From NCBI RefSeq assembly GCF_003790525.1, contig NZ_CP033635.1: a stretch of 64,000 nucleotides of DNA; one strand, written 5' to 3'. The notes under the pieces are model-generated. The model worked only from the letters and a program-made list of their open reading frames with translations, ran no database searches and was not told where the DNA came from. Made by a program: the position numbers and the translations under genes. Every line of letters begins with the position of its first letter. Within the stretch, counting starts at the first letter, position 1. The stretch comes from Escherichia coli (GTDB taxonomy: Bacteria; Pseudomonadota; Gammaproteobacteria; Enterobacterales; Enterobacteriaceae). Below are positions 50,611 to 64,000 of the stretch, in pieces.

Positions 50611-51645
50611 ATGAGTAACGCGATTACGATGGGGATATTTTGGCATTTGATCGGCGCGGCCAGTGCAGCCTGTTTTTACGCTCCGTTCAAAAAAGTAAAA
50701 AAATGGTCATGGGAAACCATGTGGTCAGTTGGTGGGATTGTTTCGTGGATTATTCTGCCGTGGGCCATCAGCGCCCTGTTACTGCCGAATTTCTGGGCGT
50801 ATTACAGCTCGTTTAGTCTCTCTACGCTGCTGCCTGTTTTTCTGTTCGGCGCTATGTGGGGGATCGGTAATATCAACTACGGCCTGACCATGCGTTATCT
50901 CGGCATGTCGATGGGAATTGGCATCGCCATTGGCATTACGTTGATTGTCGGTACGCTGATGACGCCAATTATCAACGGCAATTTCGATGTTCTGATTAAT
51001 ACCGAAGGCGGACGCATGACGTTGCTCGGCGTTCTGGTGGCGCTGATTGGCGTAGGGATTGTGACTCGCGCCGGGCAGTTGAAAGAGCGCAAGATGGGCA
51101 TTAAAGCCGAAGAGTTCAACCTGAAAAAAGGGCTGGTGCTGGCGGTGATGTGCGGCATTTTCTCTGCCGGGATGTCCTTTGCGATGAACGCCGCAAAACC
51201 GATGCATGAAGCCGCTGCTGCACTGGGCGTCGATCCACTGTATGTCGCTCTGCCAAGCTATGTTGTCATCATGGGAGGCGGCGCGATCATCAACCTCGGT
51301 TTCTGCTTCATTCGTCTGGCAAAAGTGAAGGATTTGTCGCTAAAAGCCGACTTTTCGCTGGCAAAACCGCTAATCATTCACAACGTGTTACTCTCGGCAC
51401 TGGGCGGTTTGATGTGGTATCTGCAATTCTTTTTCTATGCCTGGGGCCACGCCCGCATTCCGGCGCAGTATGACTACATCAGCTGGATGCTGCATATGAG
51501 CTTCTATGTATTGTGCGGCGGTATCGTCGGGCTGGTGCTGAAAGAGTGGAACAATGCAGGCCGCCGTCCGGTAACGGTGTTGAGCCTCGGTTGTGTGGTG
51601 ATTATTGTCGCCGCCAACATCGTCGGCATGGGCATGGCGAATTAA
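50611..51645 (+). CDS. rhaT: L-rhamnose-proton symporter
   Basis: 344 aa, [32 protein letters not shown]... Confidence 0.9.
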   Translation: MSNAITMGIFWHLIGAASAACFYAPFKKVKKWSWETMWSVGGIVSWIILPWAISALLLPNFWAYYSSFSLSTLLPVFLFGAMWGIGNINYGLTMRYLGMSMGIGIAIGITLIVGTLMTPIINGNFDVLINTEGGRMTLLGVLVALIGVGIVTRAGQLKERKMGIKAEEFNLKKGLVLAVMCGIFSAGMSFAMNAAKPMHEAAAALGVDPLYVALPSYVVIMGGGAIINLGFCFIRLAKVKDLSLKADFSLAKPLIIHNVLLSALGGLMWYLQFFFYAWGHARIPAQYDYISWMLHMSFYVLCGGIVGLVLKEWNNAGRRPVTVLSLGCVVIIVAANIVGMGMAN

Positions 51646-52490
51646 TCTTTCTGCGAATTGAGATGACGCCACTGGCTGGGCGTCATCCCGGTTTCCCGGG
51701 TAAACACCACCGAAAAATAGTTACTATCTTCAAAGCCACATTCGGTTGAAATATCACTGATTAACAGGCGGCTATGCTGGAGAAGATATTGCGCATGACA
51801 CACTCTGACCTGCCGCAGATATTGATTGATGGTCATTCCAGTCTGCTGGCGAAATTGCTGACGCAAAACGCGCTCACTGCACGATGCCTCATCACAAAAC
51901 TCATCCAGCGCAAAGGGACTTTTCAGGCTGGCCGCCAGCCGGGTAATCAGCTTATCCAGCAACGTTTCGCTGGATGTTGGCGGCAACGAATCGCTGGTGT
52001 AACGATGGCGATTCAGCGACATCACCAACTGCCCGAACAGCAACTCTGCCATTTCGTTAGCAAACGGCACATGCTGACTACTTTCATGCTCAAGCTGACC
52101 GATAATCTGCCGCGCCTGTGCCATCCCCATGCTACCTAAGCGCCAGTGTGGTTGCCCTGCGCTGGCGCTAAATCCCGGAATCGCCCCCTGCCAGTCAAGA
52201 TTCAGCTTCAGCCGCTCCGGGCAATAAATAATATTCTGCAAAACCAGATCGTTAACGGAAGCGTAGGAGTGTTTATCGTCAGCATGAATGTAAAAGAGAT
52301 CGCCACGGGTAATGCGATAAGGGCGATCGTTGAGTACATGCAGACCATTACCGCGCCAGACAATTACCAGCTCACAAAAATCATGTGTATGTTCAGCAAA
52401 GACATCTTGCGGATAACGGTCAGCCACAGCGACTGCCTGCTGGTCGCTGGCAAAAAAATCATCTTTGAGAAGTTTTAACTGATGCGCCAC
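51642..52490 (-). CDS. rhaR: Transcriptional activator RhaR (AraC family)
   Basis: AraC-type HTH C-terminus; start set at GTG 52490 for the 282-aa form; an upstream ATG at 52580 ([10 protein letters not shown]...) would give 312 aa. Confidence 0.8.
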   Translation of the reverse strand: MAHQLKLLKDDFFASDQQAVAVADRYPQDVFAEHTHDFCELVIVWRGNGLHVLNDRPYRITRGDLFYIHADDKHSYASVNDLVLQNIIYCPERLKLNLDWQGAIPGFSASAGQPHWRLGSMGMAQARQIIGQLEHESSQHVPFANEMAELLFGQLVMSLNRHRYTSDSLPPTSSETLLDKLITRLAASLKSPFALDEFCDEASCSERVLRQQFRQQTGMTINQYLRQVRVCHAQYLLQHSRLLISDISTECGFEDSNYFSVVFTRETGMTPSQWRHLNSQKD

Positions 52491-52563
52491 CGTGGCTACC
52501 TCGGTCAGAGAACGAAGTTGATTATTCGCAATATGGCGTACAAATACGTTGAGAAGATTCGCG

Positions 52564-53400
52564 TTATTGCAGAAAGCCATCCCGTCCCTGACGAATATCA
52601 CGCGGTGACCAGTTAAACTCTCGGCGAAAAAGCGTCGAAAAGTGGTTACTGTCGCTAAATCCGCAGCGATAGGCGATGTCAGTAACGCTGGCCTCACTGT
52701 GGCGTAGCAGATGTCGGGCCTTCATCAGTCGCAGGCGGTTCAGGTAACGCTGAGGCGTCAGTCCCGTTTGCTGCTTAAGCTGCCGATGTAGCGTACGCAG
52801 CGAAAGAGAAAATTGATCCGCCACGGCATCCCAATTCACCTCATCGGCAAAATGGTCCTCCAGCCAGGCCAGAAGCAAGTTGAGACGTGACGCGCTGTTT
52901 TCCAGGTTCTCCTGCAAACTGCTTTTACGCAGCAAGAGCAGTAATTGCATAAATAAGATCTCGCGACTGGCGGTCGAGGGTAAATCATTTTCCTCTTCCT
53001 GCTGTTCCATCTGTGCAACCAGCTGTCGCACCTGCTGCAACACGCTGTGGTTAACGCGCCAGTGAGACGGATACTGCCCATCCTGCTCTTGTGGCAGCAA
53101 CTGATTCAGCCCGGCGAGAAACTGAAATCGATCCGGCGAGCGATACAGCACATTGGTCAGACACAGATTATCGGTATGTTCATACAGATGCCGATCATGA
53201 TCGCGTACGAAACAGACCGTCCCCCCGGTGATGGTATAGGGCTGCCCATTAAACACATGAATACCCGTGCCATGTTCGACAATCACAATTTCATGAAAAT
53301 CATGATGATGTTCAGGAAAATCCGCCTGCGGGAGCCGGGGTTCTATCGCCACGGACGCGTTACCAGACGGAAAAAAATCCACACTATGTAATACGGTCAT
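52564..53400 (-). CDS. rhaS: Transcriptional activator RhaS (AraC family)
   Basis: 278 aa, [44 protein letters not shown]... Confidence 0.9.
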   Translation of the reverse strand: MTVLHSVDFFPSGNASVAIEPRLPQADFPEHHHDFHEIVIVEHGTGIHVFNGQPYTITGGTVCFVRDHDRHLYEHTDNLCLTNVLYRSPDRFQFLAGLNQLLPQEQDGQYPSHWRVNHSVLQQVRQLVAQMEQQEEENDLPSTASREILFMQLLLLLRKSSLQENLENSASRLNLLLAWLEDHFADEVNWDAVADQFSLSLRTLHRQLKQQTGLTPQRYLNRLRLMKARHLLRHSEASVTDIAYRCGFSDSNHFSTLFRREFNWSPRDIRQGRDGFLQ

Positions 53401-56413
<3,013 letters not shown>

Positions 56414-56462
56414 ACACTGCCGGATGCGGCGCGAGCGCCTTATCCGGCCTACGGGTCGTGCA
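56414..56462. repeat. REP element between rhaA and rhaD
   Basis: tgccggatgcggcgcgagcgccttatccggcctac. Confidence 0.7.
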
Positions 56463-56495
56463 TCCGACAACACCGAATTTACAGGAACACAGAAC

Positions 56496-57320
56496 ATGCA
56501 AAACATTACCCAGTCCTGGTTTGTCCAGGGAATGATCAAAGCCACCACCGACGCCTGGCTGAAAGGCTGGGACGAGCGCAATGGTGGTAACCTGACGCTG
56601 CGCCTGGATGACGCCGATATCGCACCGTATCACGACAACTTTCATGCACAACCGCGCTATATCCCGCTCAGCCAGCCCATGCCTTTACTGGCAAATACAC
56701 CGTTTATTGTCACCGGCTCCGGCAAATTCTTCCGTAACGTCCAGCTTGATCCTGCGGCTAACTTAGGCGTCGTAAAAGTCGACAGCGACGGCGCGGGCTA
56801 CCATATTCTCTGGGGGTTAACCAACGAAGCCGTCCCGACATCCGAACTTCCGGCGCACTTCCTCTCTCATTGCGAACGCATTAAAGCCACCAACGGTAAA
56901 GATCGGGTGATCATGCACTGCCATGCCACCAACCTGATCGCCCTTACCTACGTATTGGAAAACGACACCGCGGTCTTCACTCGCCAGCTTTGGGAAGGCA
57001 GCACCGAGTGTCTGGTAGTGTTCCCGGATGGCGTCGGCATTTTGCCGTGGATGGTGCCCGGCACCGACGAAATCGGCCAGGCGACCGCACAGGAAATGCA
57101 AAAACATTCGCTGGTGTTGTGGCCCTTCCACGGCGTCTTCGGCAGCGGTCCGACACTGGATGAAACATTCGGTTTAATCGACACCGCAGAAAAATCAGCA
57201 CAAGTATTAGTGAAGGTTTATTCGATGGGCGGCATGAAACAGACCATCAGTCGTGAAGAGCTGATAGCACTCGGCCAGCGTTTCGGCGTTACACCACTTG
57301 CCAGTGCGCTGGCGCTGTAA
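56496..57320 (+). CDS. rhaD: Rhamnulose-1-phosphate aldolase
   Basis: 274 aa from ATG 56496 ([33 protein letters not shown]...). Confidence 0.95.
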   Translation: MQNITQSWFVQGMIKATTDAWLKGWDERNGGNLTLRLDDADIAPYHDNFHAQPRYIPLSQPMPLLANTPFIVTGSGKFFRNVQLDPAANLGVVKVDSDGAGYHILWGLTNEAVPTSELPAHFLSHCERIKATNGKDRVIMHCHATNLIALTYVLENDTAVFTRQLWEGSTECLVVFPDGVGILPWMVPGTDEIGQATAQEMQKHSLVLWPFHGVFGSGPTLDETFGLIDTAEKSAQVLVKVYSMGGMKQTISREELIALGQRFGVTPLASALAL

Positions 57321-57329
57321 GGAGCAAAT

Positions 57330-57644
57330 ATGATCCGCAAAGCCTTTGTCATGCAGGTTAACCCCGACGCCCACGAAGAGTATCAGCGTCGGCATAATCC
57401 AATCTGGCCGGAACTGGAAGCAGTGTTGAAATCTCACGGTGCGCATAACTACGCCATTTACCTCGACAAAGCGCGTAATCTGCTGTTTGCCACGGTAGAG
57501 ATTGAATCTGAAGAACGGTGGAATGCGGTAGCCAGTACTGATGTTTGCCAACGTTGGTGGAAGTATATGACCGACGTTATGCCAGCTAACCCGGATAACA
57601 GCCCAGTCAGTAGCGAGCTGCAAGAAGTGTTTTACCTGCCTTAA
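57330..57644 (+). CDS. rhaM: L-rhamnose mutarotase
   Basis: 104 aa, [34 protein letters not shown]... Confidence 0.9.
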
Positions 57645-57684
57645 TGAGTTGCGGTGCCGGAAAATATCCAGCACCGCGCCTTCA

Positions 57685-59079
57685 TCAGAAGAAGTATTTA
57701 AAGCGAACGCGTGCGCCGTAACGGTCATCAGTATCATCACCGTGTTTTTTATCACCGTCGCTATCCAGAATGGAGTAATACGTCCCGAGGTAAATATTAA
57801 AGTTCTCCATATCCATCACATTAGCGAACTGATAAGACGCATGAATGGTGTGAATGGTGTACGTCCCTTCATCATCAATCCAGCAGTCGTTATCACAAAC
57901 TACACCGCTGAATTCATCAATCTTATTGTGCGCGTAGATATAACCCAGCTCGAAACGTTTCCACAGCGCGTTAATCCCGGCAGTGAAATCTTTCTCATTA
58001 TTAGCATCTAAATAGGCGGTATTAAGATTAACCACGACGCCATTTTCCGGATCCGTTTTCAGGCCATTCCAGGTCATGCTCATACCATAGCCGGTACGAT
58101 CGGACTGATCGACAAAATTACCCTTGCTATCGGTATAACCATAAGCATTATTTACTACGTTCGCTTCCATCGCTGCGGAAACGGTGAATTCTTCCGTCGG
58201 CGACCAGGCAATTACCGGACGCAGATAAGCAACATTTTTCTGCTGCTCCATATCGCGTCCATGATAATTACCGTCATTATATAAAGATGTTCCGTCTTCA
58301 AGTAACGTGTTTAACTCAAAATACCAGTTATCAAGTTGTTTGCTGACGAGGAAATTACCGCCAGCGTTAGAGCGCCCGCGGCCCTCTTTCATCATATAGA
58401 TATAACCGCTGCCATCGTCATAAAGATCGTTCGCAGTATTACCGGAATGTTCAACAAAGGTATCCTGATTCAGCGGGAACATATCGTAGGCTTCAAAACG
58501 GCCGACTTTGACCTTCCAGTCATTCTCTTTCCCAAAGAAGAATACCGCATCATCGATATTTACTGAACCGTGCATGTCCCCCAGCGGTTGTGCGGAGAAC
58601 CCGGCGAAATAGCCATTATCCAGTTTTCGCATACCATCAAAACCTAACAAAATACGACCATTGAGATTCCACTGTTCATTAGTGGGATCGCTATTCACAT
58701 CAGCGTTGGTCATTGCCAGCAGGCCATGATTACTTTCTGCATCCATATTAAATTCTACGTCGCCGTAGATTTTTAAATCGCCATAACCTGAGAGCAAAAG
58801 ATTAGGTGAGGTGGAGTTTTTCTTTGCAGATTCCGCCGTTGCCTGTCCATTTACCGGCGTATTGCCCTGGGCAGCCTTAATTTCGCGGATCTCAGCGGCT
58901 TGTTGTGTCTGCAGCTGTTTAACCTGGCTCTCTGCTTTTGCTGCCCGCATTTCTGCCGCTTCCAGGCGTTCTTCCAGCAATGCCATGCGTTGTTCCAGCG
59001 TTAAATGCTGTGTTTTTGCCATTCCGGTACTACATGCCAATAATAAACCGATGGCTAAAGATAATGTCGATTTTTTCAT
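57685..59079 (-). CDS. Predicted outer-membrane beta-barrel porin with N-terminal coiled coil (absent from K-12 at this position)
   Basis: 464 aa; signal peptide MKKSTLSLAIGLLLACSTGMA; coiled-coil stretch (EQRMALLEERLEAAEMRAAKAESQVKQLQTQQAAEIREIK); aromatic/Gly-rich body ending ...RFKYFF with C-terminal Phe. Confidence 0.7.
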   Translation of the reverse strand: MKKSTLSLAIGLLLACSTGMAKTQHLTLEQRMALLEERLEAAEMRAAKAESQVKQLQTQQAAEIREIKAAQGNTPVNGQATAESAKKNSTSPNLLLSGYGDLKIYGDVEFNMDAESNHGLLAMTNADVNSDPTNEQWNLNGRILLGFDGMRKLDNGYFAGFSAQPLGDMHGSVNIDDAVFFFGKENDWKVKVGRFEAYDMFPLNQDTFVEHSGNTANDLYDDGSGYIYMMKEGRGRSNAGGNFLVSKQLDNWYFELNTLLEDGTSLYNDGNYHGRDMEQQKNVAYLRPVIAWSPTEEFTVSAAMEANVVNNAYGYTDSKGNFVDQSDRTGYGMSMTWNGLKTDPENGVVVNLNTAYLDANNEKDFTAGINALWKRFELGYIYAHNKIDEFSGVVCDNDCWIDDEGTYTIHTIHASYQFANVMDMENFNIYLGTYYSILDSDGDKKHGDDTDDRYGARVRFKYFF

Positions 59080-59555
59080 TATTTACGTTCCCTGAAATAA
59101 AAGAGACCCTACGCTTTCCAAAAGGAATACGTATATAGAGAAATATAAGGTGTGCACTTTCGAATTTTTAATCCAACTTCAGCAGGCCGATGGATAGTAT
59201 CCCGCTGCATAATATGAGTAAATCCGCTGATTTCCTGGAACGTGAGGAATATAACAATAGTGCCTTTTTTAACCAAATATCGTAAAAAATATTAGATATA
59301 ATTCACGCTGACTCATAAGCCACAAATATAAATAACCTTGCTGCAAAACATGTGCGACAGTTAAACATTCACAACATCATTAAATAATGATTTTTTATTC
59401 ACTGAATTTATTTTTCCCATCAATATGTGCCTTACACCACAAAATTTATCCTTCACTCTGCCTTATATTGTCACGACTTCACGACATATCCGCGCTCATC
59501 ACAAAACCGCCCCGCCGTTACAATTAACTATAATATTTTTTCATGGAGTCCAATA

Positions 59556-60002
59556 ATGGCAGCACTTACTGCAAGCTGTATTGACCTGAATATTCAGGGC
59601 AATGGCGCTTATTCCGTTCTGAAGCAGTTGGCGACAATGGCGTTACAAAACGGTTTTATCACCGACTCACACCAGTTCCTGCAAACCCTGCTGCTGCGCG
59701 AAAAAATGCACTCCACGGGATTTGGTTCCGGCATCGCCGTGCCGCACGGTAAAAGCGCCTGCGTTAAACAACCGTTCGTGTTATTCGCCCGCAAAACGCA
59801 GGCCATTGACTGGCAGGCCAGCGATGGCGAAGACGTCAATTGCTGGATCTGCCTCGGCGTGCCACAAAGTGGCGAAGAGGAACAGGTCAAAATCATCGGC
59901 ACGCTGTGCCGCAAAATTATCCACCAGGATTTTATCAACCAACTGCGACAGGGCGACGCCGACCAGGTACTTGCTTTGTTAAATCAAACCCTCAGCTCAT
60001 AA
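59556..60002 (+). CDS. frvA: PTS fructose-like EIIA component
   Basis: 148 aa from ATG 59556 (MAALTASCIDLNIQGNGAYSVLKQLATMALQNGFITD...); ORF-track start at 59427 is an extension. Confidence 0.85.
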   Translation: MAALTASCIDLNIQGNGAYSVLKQLATMALQNGFITDSHQFLQTLLLREKMHSTGFGSGIAVPHGKSACVKQPFVLFARKTQAIDWQASDGEDVNCWICLGVPQSGEEEQVKIIGTLCRKIIHQDFINQLRQGDADQVLALLNQTLSS

Positions 60003-60012
60003 GGAAGTGGCG

Positions 60013-61464
60013 ATGGAGTCATCCTTACGTATTGTCGCGATCACCAACTGCCCCGCCGGGATCGCTCACACCTACATGGTGGCGGAAGCCCTGGAACAGA
60101 AAGCCCGTTCTCTCGGTCATACCATTAAAGTTGAAACTCAAGGATCAAGCGGCATCGAAAACCGCTTATCCAGCGAAGAGATTGCCGCTGCCGATTACGT
60201 GATTCTCGCTACCGGGCGTGGCCTGAGCGGTGATGATCGCGCGCGATTTGCCGGGAAAAAGGTTTATGAGATTGCCATCTCCCAGGCGCTGAAAAATATC
60301 GACCAGATTTTCAGTGAATTACCGACAAACTCGCAGCTTTTTGCCGCAGATAGCGGCGTGAAGCTCGGCAAACAGGAAGTGCAAAGTGGCAGCGTAATGA
60401 GCCATCTGATGGCGGGTGTTTCTGCGGCGCTGCCGTTTGTCATCGGTGGCGGTATCCTGGTGGCGCTTGCCAACATGCTGGTGCAGTTCGGTTTGCCGTA
60501 TACCGATATGTCGAAAGGCGCGCCGTCGTTTACCTGGGTGGTGGAATCCATCGGTTATCTCGGCTTCACCTTTATGATCCCCATCATGGGCGCTTATATT
60601 GCCTCGTCGATTGCCGATAAACCGGCTTTCGCTCCGGCGTTTCTGGTTTGCTATCTGGCGAATGACAAAGCCCTGCTCGGCACCCAGTCTGGCGCGGGCT
60701 TCCTCGGTGCGGTGGTGCTGGGGCTGGCGATTGGCTATTTCGTCTTCTGGTTCCGTAAAGTGCGCCTTGGCAAAGCATTACAACCGCTGCTCGGTTCCAT
60801 GCTGATCCCGTTCGTTACTCTGCTGGTTTTTGGCGTACTGACTTACTACGTTATCGGACCGGTGATGTCCGACCTCATGGGCGGGTTGCTGCACTTCCTG
60901 AACACCATTCCTCCGTCAATGAAGTTTGCGGCGGCGTTTCTGGTTGGTGCGATGCTGGCATTCGATATGGGCGGCCCCATCAACAAAACCGCCTGGTTCT
61001 TCTGCTTCTCTCTGCTGGAAAAACACATTTACGACTGGTACGCCATCGTCGGCGTTGTCGCGCTGATGCCGCCTGTCGCGGCGGGTCTTGCGACGTTCAT
61101 TGCGCCCAAACTGTTTACTCAACAGGAAAAAGAAGCCGCCAGTAGCGCCATTGTGGTCGGTGCCACGGTCGCGACCGAACCGGCTATTCCTTACGCTCTG
61201 GCGGCACCACTGCCAATGATCACCGCCAATACGCTGGCGGGCGGCATTACCGGCGTGCTGGTGATCGCTTTCGGAATCAAACGACTGGCACCTGGTTTGG
61301 GTATCTTTGACCCGCTGATCGGCCTGATGTCGCCGGTAGGTTCGTTTTACCTGGTGCTGGCGATTGGCCTCGCGCTGAACATTTCATTCATTATCGTCCT
61401 GAAAGGATTATGGTTACGCCGCAAAGCCAAAGCTGCGCAACAGGAGCTTGTCCATGAACATTGA
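60013..61464 (+). CDS. frvB: PTS fructose-like EIIBC component
   Basis: 483 aa from MESSLRIVAITNCPAGIAHTYMVAEALEQ...; polytopic C-terminal domain. Confidence 0.85.
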   Translation: MESSLRIVAITNCPAGIAHTYMVAEALEQKARSLGHTIKVETQGSSGIENRLSSEEIAAADYVILATGRGLSGDDRARFAGKKVYEIAISQALKNIDQIFSELPTNSQLFAADSGVKLGKQEVQSGSVMSHLMAGVSAALPFVIGGGILVALANMLVQFGLPYTDMSKGAPSFTWVVESIGYLGFTFMIPIMGAYIASSIADKPAFAPAFLVCYLANDKALLGTQSGAGFLGAVVLGLAIGYFVFWFRKVRLGKALQPLLGSMLIPFVTLLVFGVLTYYVIGPVMSDLMGGLLHFLNTIPPSMKFAAAFLVGAMLAFDMGGPINKTAWFFCFSLLEKHIYDWYAIVGVVALMPPVAAGLATFIAPKLFTQQEKEAASSAIVVGATVATEPAIPYALAAPLPMITANTLAGGITGVLVIAFGIKRLAPGLGIFDPLIGLMSPVGSFYLVLAIGLALNISFIIVLKGLWLRRKAKAAQQELVHEH

Positions 61465-62524
61465 GTTGCTGCAACAGTTGTGCGAAGCCAGCGCCGTCAG
61501 CGGCGATGAACAGGAAGTTCGCGACATTCTGATAAACACGCTGGAACCTTGCGTTAATGAGATCACCTTTGATGGTCTGGGCAGCTTTGTTGCCCGTAAG
61601 GGGAATAAAGGGCCAAAAGTTGCTGTTGTCGGGCATATGGATGAAGTCGGCTTTATGGTCACCCACATCGACAAGAGCGGTTTTCTGCGTTTTACCACCA
61701 TTGGCGGCTGGTGGAATCAGTCGATGCTCAACCACCGGGTAACCATACGGACACACAAGGGAGTGAAAATCCCTGGTGTAATTGGCTCCGTCGCCCCACA
61801 TGCGTTAACCGAAAAGCAAAAGCAACAACCGCTGTCATTTGATGAGATGTTCATTGATATTGGCGCGAACAGTCGCGAAGAGGTGGAAAAACGCGGCGTG
61901 GAAATTGGCAATTTTATTAGCCCGGAAGCCAATTTTGCCTGCTGGGGCGAAGATAAAGTGGTCGGCAAGGCGTTGGATAACCGCATCGGCTGCGCAATGA
62001 TGGCCGAGCTACTACAGACAGTAAATAACCCCGAAATTACGCTTTATGGCGTTGGCAGTGTGGAAGAAGAAGTTGGGCTACGCGGGGCACAAACCTCGGC
62101 TGAACACATTAAACCGGATGTGGTGATCGTGCTGGATACCGCCGTCGCGGGCGATGTTCCGGGCATTGATAACATTAAATACCCGCTGAAACTGGGCCAG
62201 GGGCCGGGGCTGATGCTGTTTGACAAGCGCTACTTCCCCAACCAGAAACTGGTGGCGGCGTTAAAAAACTGTGCCGCACATAACGATTTACCGCTGCAAT
62301 GTTCCACCATGAAAACCGGAGCGACGGATGGCGGGCGCTACAACGTGATGGGCGGCGGGCGTCCAGTTGTCGCGCTGTGTCTGCCAACGCGTTATCTGCA
62401 CGCCAATAGCGGTATGATTTCAAAAGCCGATTACGATGCTCTGCTCACGTTGATAAGGGATTTTCTGACCACCTTAACCGCGGAGAAAGTCAACGCGTTT
62501 AGCCAGTTCCGTCAGGTGGATTAA
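61454..62524 (+). CDS. frvX: M42-family aminopeptidase/endoglucanase-like protein
   Basis: 356 aa from ATG 61454 (MNIELLQQLCEASAVSGDEQEVRDIL...). Confidence 0.85.
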   Translation: MNIELLQQLCEASAVSGDEQEVRDILINTLEPCVNEITFDGLGSFVARKGNKGPKVAVVGHMDEVGFMVTHIDKSGFLRFTTIGGWWNQSMLNHRVTIRTHKGVKIPGVIGSVAPHALTEKQKQQPLSFDEMFIDIGANSREEVEKRGVEIGNFISPEANFACWGEDKVVGKALDNRIGCAMMAELLQTVNNPEITLYGVGSVEEEVGLRGAQTSAEHIKPDVVIVLDTAVAGDVPGIDNIKYPLKLGQGPGLMLFDKRYFPNQKLVAALKNCAAHNDLPLQCSTMKTGATDGGRYNVMGGGRPVVALCLPTRYLHANSGMISKADYDALLTLIRDFLTTLTAEKVNAFSQFRQVD

Positions 62525-64000
62525 TGCTAAACGAACGCCAGTTAAAGATTGTCGATCTGCTGGAGCAACAGCCACGCACGCCTGGCGAGCTGGCGCAACA
62601 GACTGGCGTTTCCGGCAGGACCATCCTGCGTGATATTGACTATCTCAACTTTACCCTTAACGGCAAAGCCCGCATTTCCGCCAGTGGCAACGCGGGCTAT
62701 CAGCTGGAAATCTTCGAGCGCCGCAGCTTTTTTCAGTTGCTGCAAAAGCACGATAACGACGATCGGCTGCTGGCGCTGTTATTACTGAATACCTTCACTC
62801 CCCGTGCGCAACTCGCCTCGGCGCTTAATTTGCCAGAAACGTGGGTAGCAGAGCGCCTGCCCCGCCTGAAACAGCGCTATGAACGCGGTTTTTGTCTCGC
62901 TAGTCGCCCTGGTTTGGGCCATTTCATTGATGAGACAGAAGAGAAACGCATTATTTTGCTGGCGAATCTTTTACGCAAAGATCCGTTTTTAATTCCGCTG
63001 TCGGGCGTAACACGAGACAATTTTCAACAATTAACCACCGCCTGCGAAAAGCAACGTCGCTGGCCGCTGATGCAAGGCGACTATCTCTCAAGCCTGATTC
63101 TGGCGATTTACGCCCTGCGTAATCAACTGACCGATGAGTGGCCGCAATATCCCGGTGACGAGATAAAACAAATCGTTGAACAGAGCGGCCTGTTTCTTGG
63201 TGATAACGCTGTAAGAACCCTGACAGGTTTGATAGAGAAACAGCATCAGCAAGCGCAGGTAATTTCTGCCGATCATGTGCTGGGGTTGCTGCAAAGGGTG
63301 CCAGGCATCGCGTCATTGAATATTATTGATACGCAGTTGGTTGAGAATATTACCGGGCATTTATTACGTTGCCTTGCCGCACCGGTGTGGATTGCCGAGC
63401 ACCGCCAAAGCAGCATGAATAACCTGAAAGCCGCCTGGCCTGCGGCCTTTGATATGAGTCTGCACTTTATTACGCTACTGCGTGAACAGCTCGATATTCC
63501 CCTTTTCGACAGCGATCTGATCGGTTTGTATTTTGCCTGTGCGCTGGAACGGCATCAAAACGAACGCCAGCCGATCATTTTGCTCTCGGACCAGAACGCG
63601 ATTGCCACCATTAATCAGCTCGCCATTGAGCGCGATGTTTTACATTGTCGGGTGATTATTGCCCGTAGCTTAAGCGAACTTGTTGCCATTCGCGAAGAGA
63701 TTGAGCCGTTATTGATCATTAACAACAGCCATTATTTACTGGATGACGCGGTAAATAATTACATCACCGTAAAAAATATCATTACGGCTGCCGGTATCGA
63801 ACAAATAAAACATTTTCTGGCGACGGCATTTATTCGCCAGCAACCGGAGCGTTTTTTCTCTGCCCCCGGAAGTTTTCATTATTCGAATGTACGCGGTGAA
63901 AGCTGGCAACATATTACCCGGCAAATTTGTGCTCAATTAGTCGCACAACACCATATTACCGCCGATGAAGCGCAACGGATCATCGCCCGCGAAGGCGAAG
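62524..64000 (+). CDS. frvR: Transcriptional regulator FrvR, N-terminal part (3' end outside the window)
   Basis: ATG 62524 overlaps the frvX stop; the frame translated by hand (MLNERQLKIVDLLEQQPRTPGELAQQTGVSGRTILRDID...) stays open to the window end. Not in the ORF track because no stop lies inside the window. Confidence 0.8.
   Translation, partial: MLNERQLKIVDLLEQQPRTPGELAQQTGVSGRTILRDIDYLNFTLNGKARISASGNAGYQLEIFERRSFFQLLQKHDNDDRLLALLLLNTFTPRAQLASALNLPETWVAERLPRLKQRYERGFCLASRPGLGHFIDETEEKRIILLANLLRKDPFLIPLSGVTRDNFQQLTTACEKQRRWPLMQGDYLSSLILAIYALRNQLTDEWPQYPGDEIKQIVEQSGLFLGDNAVRTLTGLIEKQHQQAQVISADHVLGLLQRVPGIASLNIIDTQLVENITGHLLRCLAAPVWIAEHRQSSMNNLKAAWPAAFDMSLHFITLLREQLDIPLFDSDLIGLYFACALERHQNERQPIILLSDQNAIATINQLAIERDVLHCRVIIARSLSELVAIREEIEPLLIINNSHYLLDDAVNNYITVKNIITAAGIEQIKHFLATAFIRQQPERFFSAPGSFHYSNVRGESWQHITRQICAQLVAQHHITADEAQRIIAREGE

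Noticed and set aside
59080-59555. AT-rich stretch upstream of frvA as a possible remnant of a mobile element
   Set aside because: No inverted repeats or transposase fragments seen; fits an ordinary AT-rich promoter region for the frv operon.

Overview
This window reads as Escherichia coli chromosome, glpK to frvR (the K-12 88-min region, in reverse orientation), interrupted by a complete P2-like prophage of about 35 kb. Host genes, in order: glpK (3' end), glpX, fpr, uspD, yiiS, yiiR, yiiQ, tpiA, cdh, sbp, pfkA, fieF, then the prophage, then cpxP, cpxR, cpxA, yiiM, kdgT, sodA, rhaT, rhaSR, rhaBAD, rhaM, a porin gene absent from K-12, frvABX and frvR (5' part). The prophage (9746..44793) sits in the cpxP 3'UTR (CpxQ sRNA terminator) and is flanked by a 47-bp direct repeat. 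It has the full P2 gene order (ogr-D-U-T-E-FII-FI-G-H-I-J-W-V-S-R-lysis-X-L-M-N-O-P-Q-cos-A-B-cox-C-int) with product lengths matching P2 almost gene for gene. An IS4 copy with a 13-bp target duplication is inserted between attL and ogr. Three AT-rich cargo loci occupy the known P2 variable positions: a 299-aa protein at the Z/fun position, a membrane protein at the orf30 position, and a three-gene cassette at the old/tin position next to cos. That cassette (ParB/Srx-like protein, 341-aa unknown protein with a possible nuclease motif, convergent HaeIII-type m5C methyltransferase) is the best candidate for an undescribed defence or restriction-modification-like system. No rRNA, tRNA or CRISPR array was seen. 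All calls rest on reading the ORF translations and sequence by eye; no database search was run, and coordinates of starts are by inspection.
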